NCBI GenBank assembly: GCA_040398005.1
Contig: JBBAUX010000002.1
Coordinates: 1-64,000, forward strand
Direction: 5' to 3'
Source: Opitutales bacterium
Lineage (GTDB): Bacteria; Verrucomicrobiota; Verrucomicrobiia; Opitutales; UBA953
DNA: 64,000 bases
Shown: positions 30,560 to 41,321 of the stretch, one piece after another
Position numbering within the stretch: position 1 is the stretch's first letter
Layout of the letters: each line of letters begins with the position of its first letter
Notes under the pieces: model-generated
Told to the model about the DNA's origin: nothing
The model's database searches: none
The model's input: only the letters and a program-made list of their open reading frames with translations
Position numbers and translations under genes: made by a program

Positions 30560-32024
30560 TACGTTCGGATTTAGCTAATCGTAACTGCCAGTTTTCTACC
30601 TGCGTAAATAGATTCACTAAATCTTGATCATTCATTCTCCAGCTCCAGTTACCTTGGGCGTGCCCCGGAGTATTGAATCGGCTTTCGCTACCTAACTCTA
30701 ATAAATCTTGAGCAGGGATGATGGCACAAATGGCGTCAGAATCTAAGGCAATGGTAATGAGTGTCGAAAGGGGGTTCGCGGAATTTTCGATAAAGGGATT
30801 CAAGTGTGCCCGTTCTTTCTCGGGACAATTTTTCAGCCAACCTTTGAGCGTGTCATTATCATGGGTGCCGGTGTAAACCACGCGGTCGGCCGTAATATTT
30901 TCTGGGTGATGGGGATTTCCTTCAATCTCACTAAAACCGAATTGAATGACCGACATGCCAGGGAGTTTTGATTTTAGACGAAGAATTTCAACGCCGGGTG
31001 ATAGTAATCCAAGATCTTCTGCGACCAGTGGTAAATCGCCCAGTGCTTTGATGAAATCGACATCCGGCCCCGCACACCATTGTCCGTCGCGTGCATTTTT
31101 CGCCTGCGCCGGCACGCGCCAATAATCATGTATCCCTCGAAAATGATCAATTCTTACGGCCTCAAATAAATTGAGGTCGTGATGGACTCTGGCTCGCCAC
31201 CACTGAAATCCATTAGCCGCATGACGTGCCCAATCATAGAGTGGATTGCCCCAGAGTTGTCCATCCTCCGAAAAATAATCCGGCGGCACGCCCGCAACAA
31301 AGGCTGGTTTTCCGTGCTCGTTTAATTGGAAGAGTTCAGGATGAGCCCACCGATCGCAGCCGTCATCTGAAACATAAATCGGCTCATCGCCTAATAATTT
31401 TATACCGTGCTTAGCGGCGTACTTTTTAAGTTCACTCCACTGCTCCGAGAAAATAAATTGGAGCACGGCAGCGCCTTGCGCTAACGACGAATCAATCTCC
31501 TTAATTTTCCAGTGCTCGGGGCTGGTAAAAAGATTTTGTTCGCGGAGTGCCGAAAAATTACACCAATCGACCAACCAGTGATGCTCACGCTGACAGAATG
31601 AAATGAATGCGTGATTATTTTGATAAAGTTTTACGCCGCGCTCTGCAGCCAGTGCGAGTAACGGACGTAGCTCTTCCCAGAGTCTGCCATAGTTAACTGA
31701 AGTTTCATCTCCGCGTTGCTGGGTTTTAACTTCGATGTCGGTCAGTAGTCCTCTTTTGCTTAAATCATTTAAGTCTAATAAATAAGGGTTTCCGGCGAAT
31801 ACCGAGAGGGCTTGATAGGGCGAATCGCCATACCCCGTGGGGCCCAGTGGACAAATCTGCCACCAGGTAAAACCCGCCTGAGACAGAAAATCTATAAAGT
31901 GCCTCGCCTCTGCGCCCAAGCATCCGACGGGACCTGGGCCGGGCAGGGCAGTGAGATGAAGAAGCACCCCAGCTGCTCGCTCCGGAAAAGCTCGGCAGCG
32001 ATAAGCTGGAGAGTCTTCCGTCAT
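30549..32024 (-). CDS. malQ: 4-alpha-glucanotransferase (GH77)
   Basis: GDSPYQ, GVPPDYFS..GQLWGNP, RIDHFRG, AEDLG, YTGTHDNDT. Confidence 0.95.
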   Translation of the reverse strand: MTEDSPAYRCRAFPERAAGVLLHLTALPGPGPVGCLGAEARHFIDFLSQAGFTWWQICPLGPTGYGDSPYQALSVFAGNPYLLDLNDLSKRGLLTDIEVKTQQRGDETSVNYGRLWEELRPLLALAAERGVKLYQNNHAFISFCQREHHWLVDWCNFSALREQNLFTSPEHWKIKEIDSSLAQGAAVLQFIFSEQWSELKKYAAKHGIKLLGDEPIYVSDDGCDRWAHPELFQLNEHGKPAFVAGVPPDYFSEDGQLWGNPLYDWARHAANGFQWWRARVHHDLNLFEAVRIDHFRGIHDYWRVPAQAKNARDGQWCAGPDVDFIKALGDLPLVAEDLGLLSPGVEILRLKSKLPGMSVIQFGFSEIEGNPHHPENITADRVVYTGTHDNDTLKGWLKNCPEKERAHLNPFIENSANPLSTLITIALDSDAICAIIPAQDLLELGSESRFNTPGHAQGNWSWRMNDQDLVNLFTQVENWQLRLAKSERTSV

Positions 32025-33136
32025 TTTACCTCAACGTGATTTTTGGCCCGTAATTCTTTTAACCACTCATCAACGGCGGATTTCATCGCTTCGGCACGAA
32101 CGCGATTTTCGATGATATCACGAACTAATGGATCATCTAAAGTGTCAGGGCCTGCTGGTTTATAGCCTTCCCGTTTTAAAATGAACCAAACAGATTTTCC
32201 GCCCGGTAAATCAAACTGTAAACAACCAGAAATTTCACCGTCTTTCAGTTTCTTTAATTCCGTAACGACGCGTTCATTTAATTCATCGAGAGATTTCCAG
32301 CCGACGTTTCCGCCTTTGCTCGCATAGTCGTCTTCGCTCACTAATTCCGCAATCTCGGTAAAGGTACTCGGGGTCGCTTTGGTGCGTGGACTGATTTTAT
32401 ACTGGGCCAAGGTTGGCGCGATTTTGCTGGGGTCATTCAACGCCAAAGCCCAAGCATCGGCGCGATTTTTCGCTTCGGTGGCACTTTCGGCCGCCCCTTG
32501 ATTGATTGTGATTTGGCGAAAATTAATAACTTCTTTATGAGTAAACTCCGCTTGGTGTTTATCGAAGTATTCTAAAATACGGCCCGGGCCCACGTTGATT
32601 GCACTGCGACGGACCTGTCCAATCATGTATTCAAAAGTGATGCGGTCCTCAATTTGTTTGCGATAACTTAAGGGAGTGAGGCCCTGCGCGCGGAGTGCAG
32701 CCACGAATCGATTGCGATCTCCCCCAAAATCTCTTCGTACCGTGTCCTCAATATCGGAATCAACGTAACTAGCAGGAATTTTTCCCATGCTATTTTTAAA
32801 GTCAGCAATCACCAACTGACGATCGGCAATCTGATTTAAGATTTCGCCTGCGAGATCATCAATCGCTTTATTGAAATCATTATCATTTCCAGTCTTAGTT
32901 CTAATTTCTTTGAGGAAGGGGGTGATTTGTTGACGAATTTCCGAAAGAGTTACTGGCTGTCCATCCGCACTCGCCGCAATTCTTTCCGTGTTCATTTCGG
33001 TCCAACGCTGCGCGGCAATTTCTTCTAAGCTTTTTTCTTTAACCGCAGGAGTCGGTGTCGCGGCGGGACTATTTTCGGCAGCGCCAAGGTTTACCCCAAA
33101 AACGAAGAGCAGAAAAAAGAGTGTGGAAATTTTCAT
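32021..33136 (-). CDS. SurA-like periplasmic chaperone / parvulin PPIase
   Basis: Signal peptide, SurA-N-like helical region, SEDD..KGGNVGW rotamase motif; downstream of mfd. Confidence 0.75.
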   Translation of the reverse strand: MKISTLFFLLFVFGVNLGAAENSPAATPTPAVKEKSLEEIAAQRWTEMNTERIAASADGQPVTLSEIRQQITPFLKEIRTKTGNDNDFNKAIDDLAGEILNQIADRQLVIADFKNSMGKIPASYVDSDIEDTVRRDFGGDRNRFVAALRAQGLTPLSYRKQIEDRITFEYMIGQVRRSAINVGPGRILEYFDKHQAEFTHKEVINFRQITINQGAAESATEAKNRADAWALALNDPSKIAPTLAQYKISPRTKATPSTFTEIAELVSEDDYASKGGNVGWKSLDELNERVVTELKKLKDGEISGCLQFDLPGGKSVWFILKREGYKPAGPDTLDDPLVRDIIENRVRAEAMKSAVDEWLKELRAKNHVEVK

Positions 33137-36100
33137 GAACTAGAAGGTGAGGAGAGTCGCGAGAGGAAACTGCGAATTTCTGTGAGTTTCCGTAGGGGCT
33201 CCCTTGCGGTCAAGCGGGGAAAGCGATTTCCAATTAAGATCAGTTCGCTTTTTCCGCCCAGAACCACTTGTTTGCAACGCAGAGTGGCGTCTTCCGTTGT
33301 AATCGATGTAACCCCTTTGATTTCGGCTAAGCAACGAATCTCGGTAATCTTGAGCAAGGCATCTGCCTCCGGGGGCAGACGTCCATAGCGGTCAAGGAGC
33401 TGTGCTCGGATTTCTTTTAATTCATCAAGATGATTGGCGAGGGCAATTTTCCGAAAGGCTTCAATTCTCAGGCGCGTTTCCGGTATCCATGCCCCGGGCA
33501 GGGTCGCCGTGAGAAGGCCGCTCTCGTCCGAGTTTCCGTAGTTCTCGTTCTGAATGACATCAGCATGAGAAATAAAATCACAATTAATTTCACAGCGCTC
33601 CGCCCAGCCGACTTTCTCGCCCTTAATTTTAGCGACACTCCGGCGGAGCAATTGACAATAGAGTTCAAAGCCAACGAGGGCGATATGTCCGCTTTGTTCA
33701 GCCCCTAAAATATTTCCGGCACCGCGTAACTCGAGATCACGCATAGCAATCCGAAAGCCCGCTCCGAGTTGATTGTACTGGCGGATGGCCGAAAGTCGGC
33801 GTCGGGCACTTTCCACTAATTCAGAATGTCGGTGTAAAAATAAATAGGCATAAGCCTGTCGATTGAATCGACCAATGCGTCCGCGCAATTGATAAAGTTG
33901 AGCTAACCCAAAGCGATCAGCCCCTTCGATGATGAGCGTGTTACAGTTAGGAATATCTAATCCGGTTTCAATAATGGTGGTGCAAACGAGGACATCGAAT
34001 TCGCCGGCGACGAAGGCCGCCATGGTTTCTTCCAGTTGCCCAGCGCCCATTTGGCCGTGTCCGACAACGATTTTGGCCTTTGGAATTAAGGATTTTAGTC
34101 GCTCGGCTACTGCCTGAATGGTCTCTACCCGATTATGCAGATAGAAGACCTGTCCGCCGCGACTTAACTCCGCCAGCACGGCATCGCGCACAGTTTTTTC
34201 ATCGTAGCTTTTTACGAGGGTTCGGATGGGTAGACGTTCGCGCGGTGGAGTTTCAATGACGCTCAAATCTCGCGCTCCGAGCAGAGCTAAATAAAGGGTT
34301 CGCGGAATCGGGGTCGCACTCATGGCGAGCACATCGACTTCGGTGCGCAATCTTTTTAGTTTTTCTTTATGAACGACACCGAAGCGATGTTCTTCATCGA
34401 TAATCACCAGTCCTAATTTTGAAAAATTTGTGCCATCAGAGAGCAGGGCGTGAGTGCCAACGACGATATCGACGAGCCCTAAATTTGCTCGCTCGCGAAC
34501 CTGCGCTTTTTCTTTCGTAGTTCTAAACCCACTGAGCAAATCAACGCTCACTGGCCAACGGCTTAAACGTTCACGAAATGTTTCGTAGTGTTGTTGTGCA
34601 AGTACCGTGGTCGGTGCGAGGATGGCTACTTGTCGTCCACCCACTACGCACTTAAAGGCAGCGCGCAGGGCGACCTCAGTTTTGCCAAAGCCCACGTCCC
34701 CACTGATTAATCGATCCATCGGGGTGGATCGCTCCATATCAGCCTTAGTTTCCTTAATGGCTTTAGATTGATCAGGCGTTTCTTGGTGTGGGAAAGAACG
34801 TTCAAATTCCCCCATCCAAGAATTCTCATCATCCCGTGGATGCACAATGCCTGGCTTAGTTGAACGCTCGGCCTGAAGTGCTAAAAGTTGTGCCGCCAAA
34901 TCTGCGGTAGCTTTTTCTACAGCCTTGCGGGAACGTTCCCAACTGCCGCCACCTAACTTGGAAAGTTTGGGTGCGGCATTACCCATGCCCACATAACGAG
35001 AAATTAAATGTGACTCACGGAGTGGGAGGTGGAGTTGTGCTTTGTTCGCAAATTCCAGGGAAATATAATCTTCAATGCGTCCACGATTTTCGAAGGGTTT
35101 GATTCCGCGAAATAAACAAATACCTTGAGTCGCGTGAACGAGGGCATCGCCGTTGACGATTTCGCCAAAATCTAAGGCTCGACCGACCGCTGCTTGAATG
35201 GCGGTTCGTCTTCGCGGAAGACTGGCGAGCGGGCGTTTTTTTCGACCGAAGAGCTCGCGCTCGGTCAATAAAATCAATCCTTTGCTTAACACTCCCGCGA
35301 GTGAGCCCGATTTAATGATGACGCCTCCGCTGAAGCGCGCAGATAAAATTTGTGGTTTGAATTTAGCTAAGTCTAAAGATTTTGCATCGGCTTCAATCCG
35401 TTCGGTGGAGCCCGGAGTGTCGCCGGTTAAAAGGCAAACCATGTCTTTGCGAGTGAGGCTACTTACTTGTTTTAATAAATCGATTCGTGTTTGGGTGGAG
35501 TCAGTTGACTTACCAATTAAAAGCGATTCCGCGGGTGCACATTCAATATTATGAACTTCCCACCCCGCTTCAACTTCATCGGTTTCTTCTAACGCTAAGA
35601 GCGCGGGTGAGCTCTTAACCAAAGGTGCGCAGATGAGGTCCGAAAAAACCTGATTGATTCCGATGACTAAACTTTGCGCAGGCAGGTGGGTAAAAAACGG
35701 CGAGTCGAATGGCGTGGAACTGTCCTCGCGCGGTGCACAAATCACGACGCTGTTAATCTCACCTTCGCTTTTCTGGGTCGATGGATCAAAGGGTCGAAGC
35801 GACTCCACCACATCACCAAATAAATCAATCCGCACCGGCATTTGTCCATTGATCGGGTAGACATCGAGAATCCCGCCACGCAGGGCGTATTCGCCAGGCT
35901 GCTCACAAAGTGATTCGTGGGCGTAACCAAAATGAGCCGCCAGTTTTTCAGCAACCTCGCGAAGTGAAATGCGCTCACCTTTTCGAATAATTAATTCCTT
36001 CTTATCGGATTCAGTAGCAGAAGGTGCTAACCGCGTGATGGATCCTGGTGTACACGCAATGAGTAGAGGATTTTCGGGAGTATGACTTCCATGACGAATG

Positions 36101-36360
36101 GCGGTCAGCACGCCTAACAAATCACAATCGGCTTCAAAGACCGGAACCACGGCATCCGATTCCGTTAATGTCTTTGCGGTTGCTTTTATGCCTTTGAGAA
36201 TTTGCAGCAGTTGGGTAGTTTCTTCGACTAAGGTTTCCGCCGCGCCTAAATTTGAGGCGAGTATAACAATGACAGAGTGATTATTGCTTTCAGAAAAGGC
36301 ACAAGCCGGCCAAGCGTACGAAGGTACGCCCGTAAAGGCTCGGTGTGACGCCACTTTCAT
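33133..36360 (-). CDS. mfd: Transcription-repair coupling factor
   Basis: GEYALRGGILD, ETPDQ, GDVGFGKTEVA, DEEHRFG, SATPIPRTL, DLELRGAGN, TRCF C-terminus. Confidence 0.95.
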   Translation of the reverse strand: MKVASHRAFTGVPSYAWPACAFSESNNHSVIVILASNLGAAETLVEETTQLLQILKGIKATAKTLTESDAVVPVFEADCDLLGVLTAIRHGSHTPENPLLIACTPGSITRLAPSATESDKKELIIRKGERISLREVAEKLAAHFGYAHESLCEQPGEYALRGGILDVYPINGQMPVRIDLFGDVVESLRPFDPSTQKSEGEINSVVICAPREDSSTPFDSPFFTHLPAQSLVIGINQVFSDLICAPLVKSSPALLALEETDEVEAGWEVHNIECAPAESLLIGKSTDSTQTRIDLLKQVSSLTRKDMVCLLTGDTPGSTERIEADAKSLDLAKFKPQILSARFSGGVIIKSGSLAGVLSKGLILLTERELFGRKKRPLASLPRRRTAIQAAVGRALDFGEIVNGDALVHATQGICLFRGIKPFENRGRIEDYISLEFANKAQLHLPLRESHLISRYVGMGNAAPKLSKLGGGSWERSRKAVEKATADLAAQLLALQAERSTKPGIVHPRDDENSWMGEFERSFPHQETPDQSKAIKETKADMERSTPMDRLISGDVGFGKTEVALRAAFKCVVGGRQVAILAPTTVLAQQHYETFRERLSRWPVSVDLLSGFRTTKEKAQVRERANLGLVDIVVGTHALLSDGTNFSKLGLVIIDEEHRFGVVHKEKLKRLRTEVDVLAMSATPIPRTLYLALLGARDLSVIETPPRERLPIRTLVKSYDEKTVRDAVLAELSRGGQVFYLHNRVETIQAVAERLKSLIPKAKIVVGHGQMGAGQLEETMAAFVAGEFDVLVCTTIIETGLDIPNCNTLIIEGADRFGLAQLYQLRGRIGRFNRQAYAYLFLHRHSELVESARRRLSAIRQYNQLGAGFRIAMRDLELRGAGNILGAEQSGHIALVGFELYCQLLRRSVAKIKGEKVGWAERCEINCDFISHADVIQNENYGNSDESGLLTATLPGAWIPETRLRIEAFRKIALANHLDELKEIRAQLLDRYGRLPPEADALLKITEIRCLAEIKGVTSITTEDATLRCKQVVLGGKSELILIGNRFPRLTAREPLRKLTEIRSFLSRLSSPSSS

Positions 36361-36412
36361 GGTTCTATCCAGAGTGACCGTGAAGGTAGGTCAAACCGAA
36401 CTGCTGATTGTT

Positions 36413-37189
36413 TTACTTTAAGTTAAACCGAGCGATGAATTCCTTCGCCAAGGCTGCGTAAGCGACCGCTCCCGGTGAATGGGCGTCGTACTGGAAAATG
36501 GTTTTACCGTGGCTGGGGCACTCGGAGAGTCGAATCGTCCGAGGTATCATCGTCTTTAAAAGTAACTGAGGGAAATGGGTTTTAACTTCTTCGACCACTT
36601 GGCGTGAAAGATTGGTACGCACATCATACATCGTGAGTAAGATTCCGCCCACCGTGAGTTTCGAGGTCGCATCGGCTTGTTTGAGTTGATCAACCACGCC
36701 GAGAATTTGCCCAAGACCTTCCATCGCTAAATATTCTGTTTGCAGGGCAACTAGAAGATGGTCCGACGCGCGCAGGGCATTCATCGAGAGCATTCCCAGG
36801 GCTGGTGGACAATCGATAATAATGACAGCGTATTTTTTGGAATCGATAATCGGCTGCAGGGCGCTGGATAATCGCGATAAATAATTTTCTGACTGAGCCA
36901 GCTCCGATTCGATGGCAGCTAAATCTACTTCCGAAGGAATTAAATCCAGCTTCTCGGTCGAGGTATTAACAATCATGTCTTCTGCTTTGGCTTCGCCGTG
37001 CAGCACTTTGTAAAGGGAACGACCCTCAATTTTTTCAATACCCAGTGCACTCGTGGCATTAGCTTGAGCATCAAGATCGATGAGCAGGGTGGGGATACTG
37101 GTTTTGGCAAGACCGGCAGCCAGATTAACCGCGGTCGTGGTTTTGCCGACGCCGCCTTTTTGATTCGCGATGGAGAAAATTTTAGTCAC
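36413..37189 (-). CDS. parA: ParA/Soj family ATPase
   Basis: NQKGGVGKTTT, DLDAQANAT, IDCPPALG, EYLAMEG. Confidence 0.9.
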   Translation of the reverse strand: MTKIFSIANQKGGVGKTTTAVNLAAGLAKTSIPTLLIDLDAQANATSALGIEKIEGRSLYKVLHGEAKAEDMIVNTSTEKLDLIPSEVDLAAIESELAQSENYLSRLSSALQPIIDSKKYAVIIIDCPPALGMLSMNALRASDHLLVALQTEYLAMEGLGQILGVVDQLKQADATSKLTVGGILLTMYDVRTNLSRQVVEEVKTHFPQLLLKTMIPRTIRLSECPSHGKTIFQYDAHSPGAVAYAALAKEFIARFNLK

Positions 37190-38392
37190 TTAGGCATCCT
37201 CAATCGGGCGTTCTACTTCGGTGGGAGTATCGTAATCAACTCCGGTGAGTCCGAAGCCAAAGTTTTTGAGGAAGTCAGATTGGTAGCCAGCAAAGTCACC
37301 GTATTGATCAAAGGTTTCGGTGGTAACCTTAGGCCAAATATCAAACACCGCTTTTTGAATCTCGGGCAGCATTTCTAGGTCATCAATACGTACGCGACCT
37401 TTTTCATCAAAGTTCAAGCACTCACCGTTATACATTTGTTTTTCGTAGAGACGCTGAATTTGTTCAATGCAGCCCTCGTGATTTCCCTTTGCTTTCATAA
37501 TTTTGAAAAGCAGAGAAACATAAAGGGGGACCACCGGAATAGCTGAGCTGGCTTGAGTGACGACGGCTTTGTTGACCGAAACAAAGGCCCGACCGCGATG
37601 GAGCTTCATCAGGTTATCAATTTTTTCGCCAGCACGTTCGAGGTCTTCTTTGGCTTTGCCAATGGTTCCGTCTTTGTAAATCGGCCAAGTGACTTGTGGT
37701 CCAATATATGAATAGGCAACGGATTGGCAGCCCTCGGCGATCACCCCAGCTTGGTCGAGTTGATGCATCCAGATTTCCCAGTCTTCTCCGCCCATGACTT
37801 TAACGGTATTTAAAATTTCTTCAGCGTTAGCGGTTTCGAGTGTGACCTCGTTTACTACTTTACGGTCGGTATCTAAATTCTTGGCGTGAAAGGGTGCGCC
37901 CGTTGGCTTGAGTGTCGATTTGTAAGTCACGCCATCAGGGGCAGTGCGCCGAGGTGAAGCTAAAGAATAAATTACCAAATCGATTTTCCCGTTCGGCATT
38001 TTCTTTTTAATCGTCTCGATGACCTGACTTTTTATTTCCGCCGAAAACGCATCACCATTAATTGAGAATGCTTTGAGTCCGGCCTTTTTGGCTTCGGCGT
38101 GAAAACCTGCAGTGTTGTACCAACCGGGGCTGCCAGGTTTATCACCTTCGCCATTACGTTCAAAAAATACTCCGAGGGTGGCGGCGCCTGAACCGAAAGC
38201 GGCCGCGACACGTGAAGATAAGCCGTAGCCAGTCGAAGAGCCGATCACGAGGACTGACTTGGGTCCGCCTTGGAGCGGCTTACGTGATTTTACGTAGCTG
38301 ATTTGCTCACGCACATGGGCGGCACAACCTTCGGGGTGTGAGGTGATGCAAATAAATCCACGGACACGGGGCTTGAGGACTTGCTGGGACAT
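37190..38392 (-). CDS. fabV: Enoyl-ACP reductase FabV / trans-2-enoyl-CoA reductase
   Basis: KPRVRGFIC..HPEGC, GSSTGYG, YSLASP, YSYIG, Y-x6-K (YKDGTIGK), KAVVTQASSAIP; start at 38392. Confidence 0.93.
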   Translation of the reverse strand: MSQQVLKPRVRGFICITSHPEGCAAHVREQISYVKSRKPLQGGPKSVLVIGSSTGYGLSSRVAAAFGSGAATLGVFFERNGEGDKPGSPGWYNTAGFHAEAKKAGLKAFSINGDAFSAEIKSQVIETIKKKMPNGKIDLVIYSLASPRRTAPDGVTYKSTLKPTGAPFHAKNLDTDRKVVNEVTLETANAEEILNTVKVMGGEDWEIWMHQLDQAGVIAEGCQSVAYSYIGPQVTWPIYKDGTIGKAKEDLERAGEKIDNLMKLHRGRAFVSVNKAVVTQASSAIPVVPLYVSLLFKIMKAKGNHEGCIEQIQRLYEKQMYNGECLNFDEKGRVRIDDLEMLPEIQKAVFDIWPKVTTETFDQYGDFAGYQSDFLKNFGFGLTGVDYDTPTEVERPIEDA

Positions 38393-38477
38393 AGCGAGAG
38401 GATTGAACCGTCGGGGCTTAACTTCAACCCGATTTTCTTCCACTTGCTCCGGTGGCAAACTTAGGGTTGGATGGGCC

Positions 38478-39647
38478 ATGTTCAGTTCCCGACTCTCTTT
38501 TGCAGATGATTCAAACGCCTTAAGCAAGGCGCGGGAACGTCGCCGAACCGCTGGTTTGCCGACACTCGATTTGGCTGATGTAAATCCCGCTACGGCAGGA
38601 TTTGGTTGGTCCGTCTTAGAATTAGGCACCTTGCTTCGCCGCGATGGAATTCAGCGACAAGATCCCGATGCGCGTGGGCTGACGGTCGCTCGTACGGCGA
38701 TTGCAGATTATTATCTCGCTCGCGGAACACGCCTCACGCCCGACCGCATATTTTTATCTGCCAGTACCAGTGAAGGTTATAGTTGGTTATTTAAATTATT
38801 ATGTAATCCAGGTGATGAAATTTTAGTACCCGAGCCTGCCTATCCATTATTAGAAGTGATTGCCGCATTGGAGGGCGTTACACTGAGGCCGTATAGATTA
38901 GTACAACTCGCCGGTGAGTGGGTGATTGATTTGGCGAGTCTGACAGCGAGCCGACAAACACGGGCGATTGTTTGTATCAATCCGTCTAATCCCACCGGGG
39001 CTTTTGTGAGTCGACGTGATCGTGACATCCTTCGCAACTTCGCTTTAAAAAATAGTTTAGCGGTTATTTGTGACGAAGTATTTTTAGATTATCCAGCCGA
39101 AGGTGTGAGTTCACCGGGTACTTGGGTGGGAGAAACTCAAGTGGCTCTTTATGTGTTAAGTGGACTTTCAAAAGTCGCCGTCGCTCCTCAATTAAAAGTA
39201 GGTTGGATTATTGTCTCGGGCCCGACCGACACAGTACAGGAATCTTGTCGTCGCCTCGAACACATCGCCGATGCTTTTCTTTCAGTAAACACCCCTGCGC
39301 AATTAGCTCTGCCCGATTTACTTCGCCGAGCCGAACCGATTCGCGCAGCCATCCGAACACGCGTGAGTGAGAACCAACAAATTTTAAAAGACTGGGTCGT
39401 CACATCGGGGCACGCTTGCACTGTTTTGCCTCGTCCGGCGGGATGGATGGCGATCCTCGGTTTACCTCCCGGGGTTTCGGAAGAATACTTATTGCTCAAC
39501 GCCTTAGATGAGGGGGTTTGGGCTCATCCAGGTTATTTTTATGGCATGTCCTCTAACACGCCCTCGGTTATTCTGAGCCTTTTGCGCAAATCTAGTGAGT
39601 TTTCTGAAGGTTTAAGCGGTTTAGACCGTGCTTTGCGTCGGACTTAA
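38478..39647 (+). CDS. PLP-dependent aminotransferase class I/II
   Basis: NPGDEILVPEPAYP, INPSNPTG, DEVFLDY, SGLSK; start MFSSR. Confidence 0.88.
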   Translation: MFSSRLSFADDSNALSKARERRRTAGLPTLDLADVNPATAGFGWSVLELGTLLRRDGIQRQDPDARGLTVARTAIADYYLARGTRLTPDRIFLSASTSEGYSWLFKLLCNPGDEILVPEPAYPLLEVIAALEGVTLRPYRLVQLAGEWVIDLASLTASRQTRAIVCINPSNPTGAFVSRRDRDILRNFALKNSLAVICDEVFLDYPAEGVSSPGTWVGETQVALYVLSGLSKVAVAPQLKVGWIIVSGPTDTVQESCRRLEHIADAFLSVNTPAQLALPDLLRRAEPIRAAIRTRVSENQQILKDWVVTSGHACTVLPRPAGWMAILGLPPGVSEEYLLLNALDEGVWAHPGYFYGMSSNTPSVILSLLRKSSEFSEGLSGLDRALRRT

Positions 39648-39710
39648 TTACCGCTTGCCAATCGGCACCTCACTTATTTGCTACGACCTTCCAAGGAGAA
39701 CAAAACTACT

Positions 39711-39941
39711 ATGTCCCGTATCTGCAGCGTCACCGGCAAGCGCCCCGTCAAGGGCCGTCGAATCATCCACCGTGGTCAATCCAAGAAGAGTGGTGGTATC
39801 GGCTTCCAGCTCGTTAAACAAACGAAGCGTGTCTTCCGCCCCAATGTTCAACGCATTCGCGTTCTCCAACCTAACGGTTCGGTGAAACGTCAATGGGTTT
39901 CGGTTAAAGCGCTCAAAGCTGGTTTAGTAACCAAGGCCTAA
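39711..39941 (+). CDS. rpmB: 50S ribosomal protein L28
   Basis: MSRICSVTGKRP...TKRVFRPNVQ. Confidence 0.95.
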   Translation: MSRICSVTGKRPVKGRRIIHRGQSKKSGGIGFQLVKQTKRVFRPNVQRIRVLQPNGSVKRQWVSVKALKAGLVTKA

Positions 39942-39960
39942 TTTAAAAGATAGGCTTAAT

Positions 39961-39989
39961 AAAAAACCCCGCCATGTGCGGGGTTTTTT
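39961..39989. terminator. Bidirectional intrinsic terminator
   Basis: AAAAAACCCCGC-CATGT-GCGGGGTTTTTT. Confidence 0.85.
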
Positions 39990-40012
39990 ATTGGGCGACT
40001 AAGCCGCGTTCA

Positions 40013-40429
40013 TTATTTTGAAAATAATTTCTGAATGATGTCATTGCGCCAGAGTACTCCAACCCAAATGGCCATGGCAGAAAGAATGGTGAGGAAGACA
40101 GCAGCGCTACCCATGTCTTTAGCGCGTTTCGCCAATGGGTGACGATCGAGAGAAATGTGGTCGGTGTTCGCCTCAATCGCTGAGTTGATTAATTCTACGA
40201 TGAGAATCATTTGCAGAACGGAAAAGAGAAGGGCACGTTCGACTGCCGATACGGGAATAAACCAAGCAACGATGGAAAGAGGAATGACGACGATGAGTTC
40301 TTGTTTGAAAGCTTCTTCGTGTTGAGCGGCGGCCTTCAGTCCATCCCAGGTGTAGAAAAGTGCGTTGATTAATCGACCGAAGCCACCTTTGGATTTCATC
40401 GATTCACCGTAGTTTTGAGGCGGTTGCAT
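40013..40429 (-). CDS. dgkA: Diacylglycerol kinase
   Basis: EEAFKQE, VELINSAIE, AKRAKDMGSAAV. Confidence 0.93.
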   Translation of the reverse strand: MQPPQNYGESMKSKGGFGRLINALFYTWDGLKAAAQHEEAFKQELIVVIPLSIVAWFIPVSAVERALLFSVLQMILIVELINSAIEANTDHISLDRHPLAKRAKDMGSAAVFLTILSAMAIWVGVLWRNDIIQKLFSK

Positions 40430-40549
40430 AGGGTTTAATTAACATATTTAGATTAATTTGAATAGGGCAAAGCCAATTTCTCCCTTAAAACGCTTGCCAG
40501 AGGGGGGTGTAGCCCTAGGTTTCGGGGTTCTCTCAACAGAAAACATACC

Positions 40550-40801
40550 ATGCGCGACGACTATTTGATGGAAGCTAAAAAGAAGATTACTGATCCCAAT
40601 ATTTTAATTAATGTTGTCTCACGCCGTGTGAAACAGCTCCGTGCCACTGCCGAGCGCCAACAAGGTGCACCAGCCAAGTATAAGCATTTATTAGGGGGCG
40701 ATCTCTATGAAACCCTTTCGCCTGAAGATATCGCCCTTCGTGAAATTATCGAAGATAAGATTACTTGGAACTTCGCTCCTGAAGATCAAGTTCAGTCCTA
40801 A
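40550..40801 (+). CDS. rpoZ: RNA polymerase omega subunit
   Basis: LINVVSRRVKQL ... DIALREIIEDKI. Confidence 0.8.
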   Translation: MRDDYLMEAKKKITDPNILINVVSRRVKQLRATAERQQGAPAKYKHLLGGDLYETLSPEDIALREIIEDKITWNFAPEDQVQS

Positions 40802-40853
40802 TCTTCTTTGCTTAGGGAGGACGGGGTTGAGCGGTTATTTTATCCACTAACCT

Positions 40854-41321
40854 ATGTCCGCCCGAAAAGAACAGTCGTTGCCCGAGGTTAATAACCCGAA
40901 GGCGGGACGTGACTACTTCATTGGACAGACTTTTGAAGCGGGTCTGGTTTTGCTGGGCACTGAAGTAAAGTCTCTCCGTTTGGGTCGTGCCAACATCGCT
41001 GACTCTTTTGTCCGTCTCACTCCGAAGGGCCCGGTACTTTTTCACGCACACATTGCGGAATATGATTTTGGTAATCACAACAATCATGACCCTTATCGTA
41101 CCCGAAAACTTTTATTAAAGGCCGTCGAAGTGGCCCGTATTACGGAAGAGGTTCGTTCCGGCGGCTCGACTATCATTCCACTAAAAATTTATTTTAAACA
41201 CGGCTTGGCGAAATGTTTAATCGCGATTGGCAAAGGTAAAAAACAACACGACCGCCGCCAAGATATTAAAGAAAGAGATGCGAAGCGTGAGATCTCACGC
41301 GCGATGCGCAGCCGCCGGTGA
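40854..41321 (+). CDS. smpB: SsrA-binding protein
   Basis: FEAGLVLLGTEVKSLR, NHDPYRTRKLLL, KGKKQHDRR. Confidence 0.96.
   Translation: MSARKEQSLPEVNNPKAGRDYFIGQTFEAGLVLLGTEVKSLRLGRANIADSFVRLTPKGPVLFHAHIAEYDFGNHNNHDPYRTRKLLLKAVEVARITEEVRSGGSTIIPLKIYFKHGLAKCLIAIGKGKKQHDRRQDIKERDAKREISRAMRSRR

Noticed and set aside
38343..38629. Apparent long head-to-head overlap of fabV (479 aa) and aminotransferase (434 aa) ORFs
   Set aside because: Artefact of longest-ORF starts; family-like N-termini begin at 38392 (-) and 38478 (+), leaving an 85-nt divergent gap.
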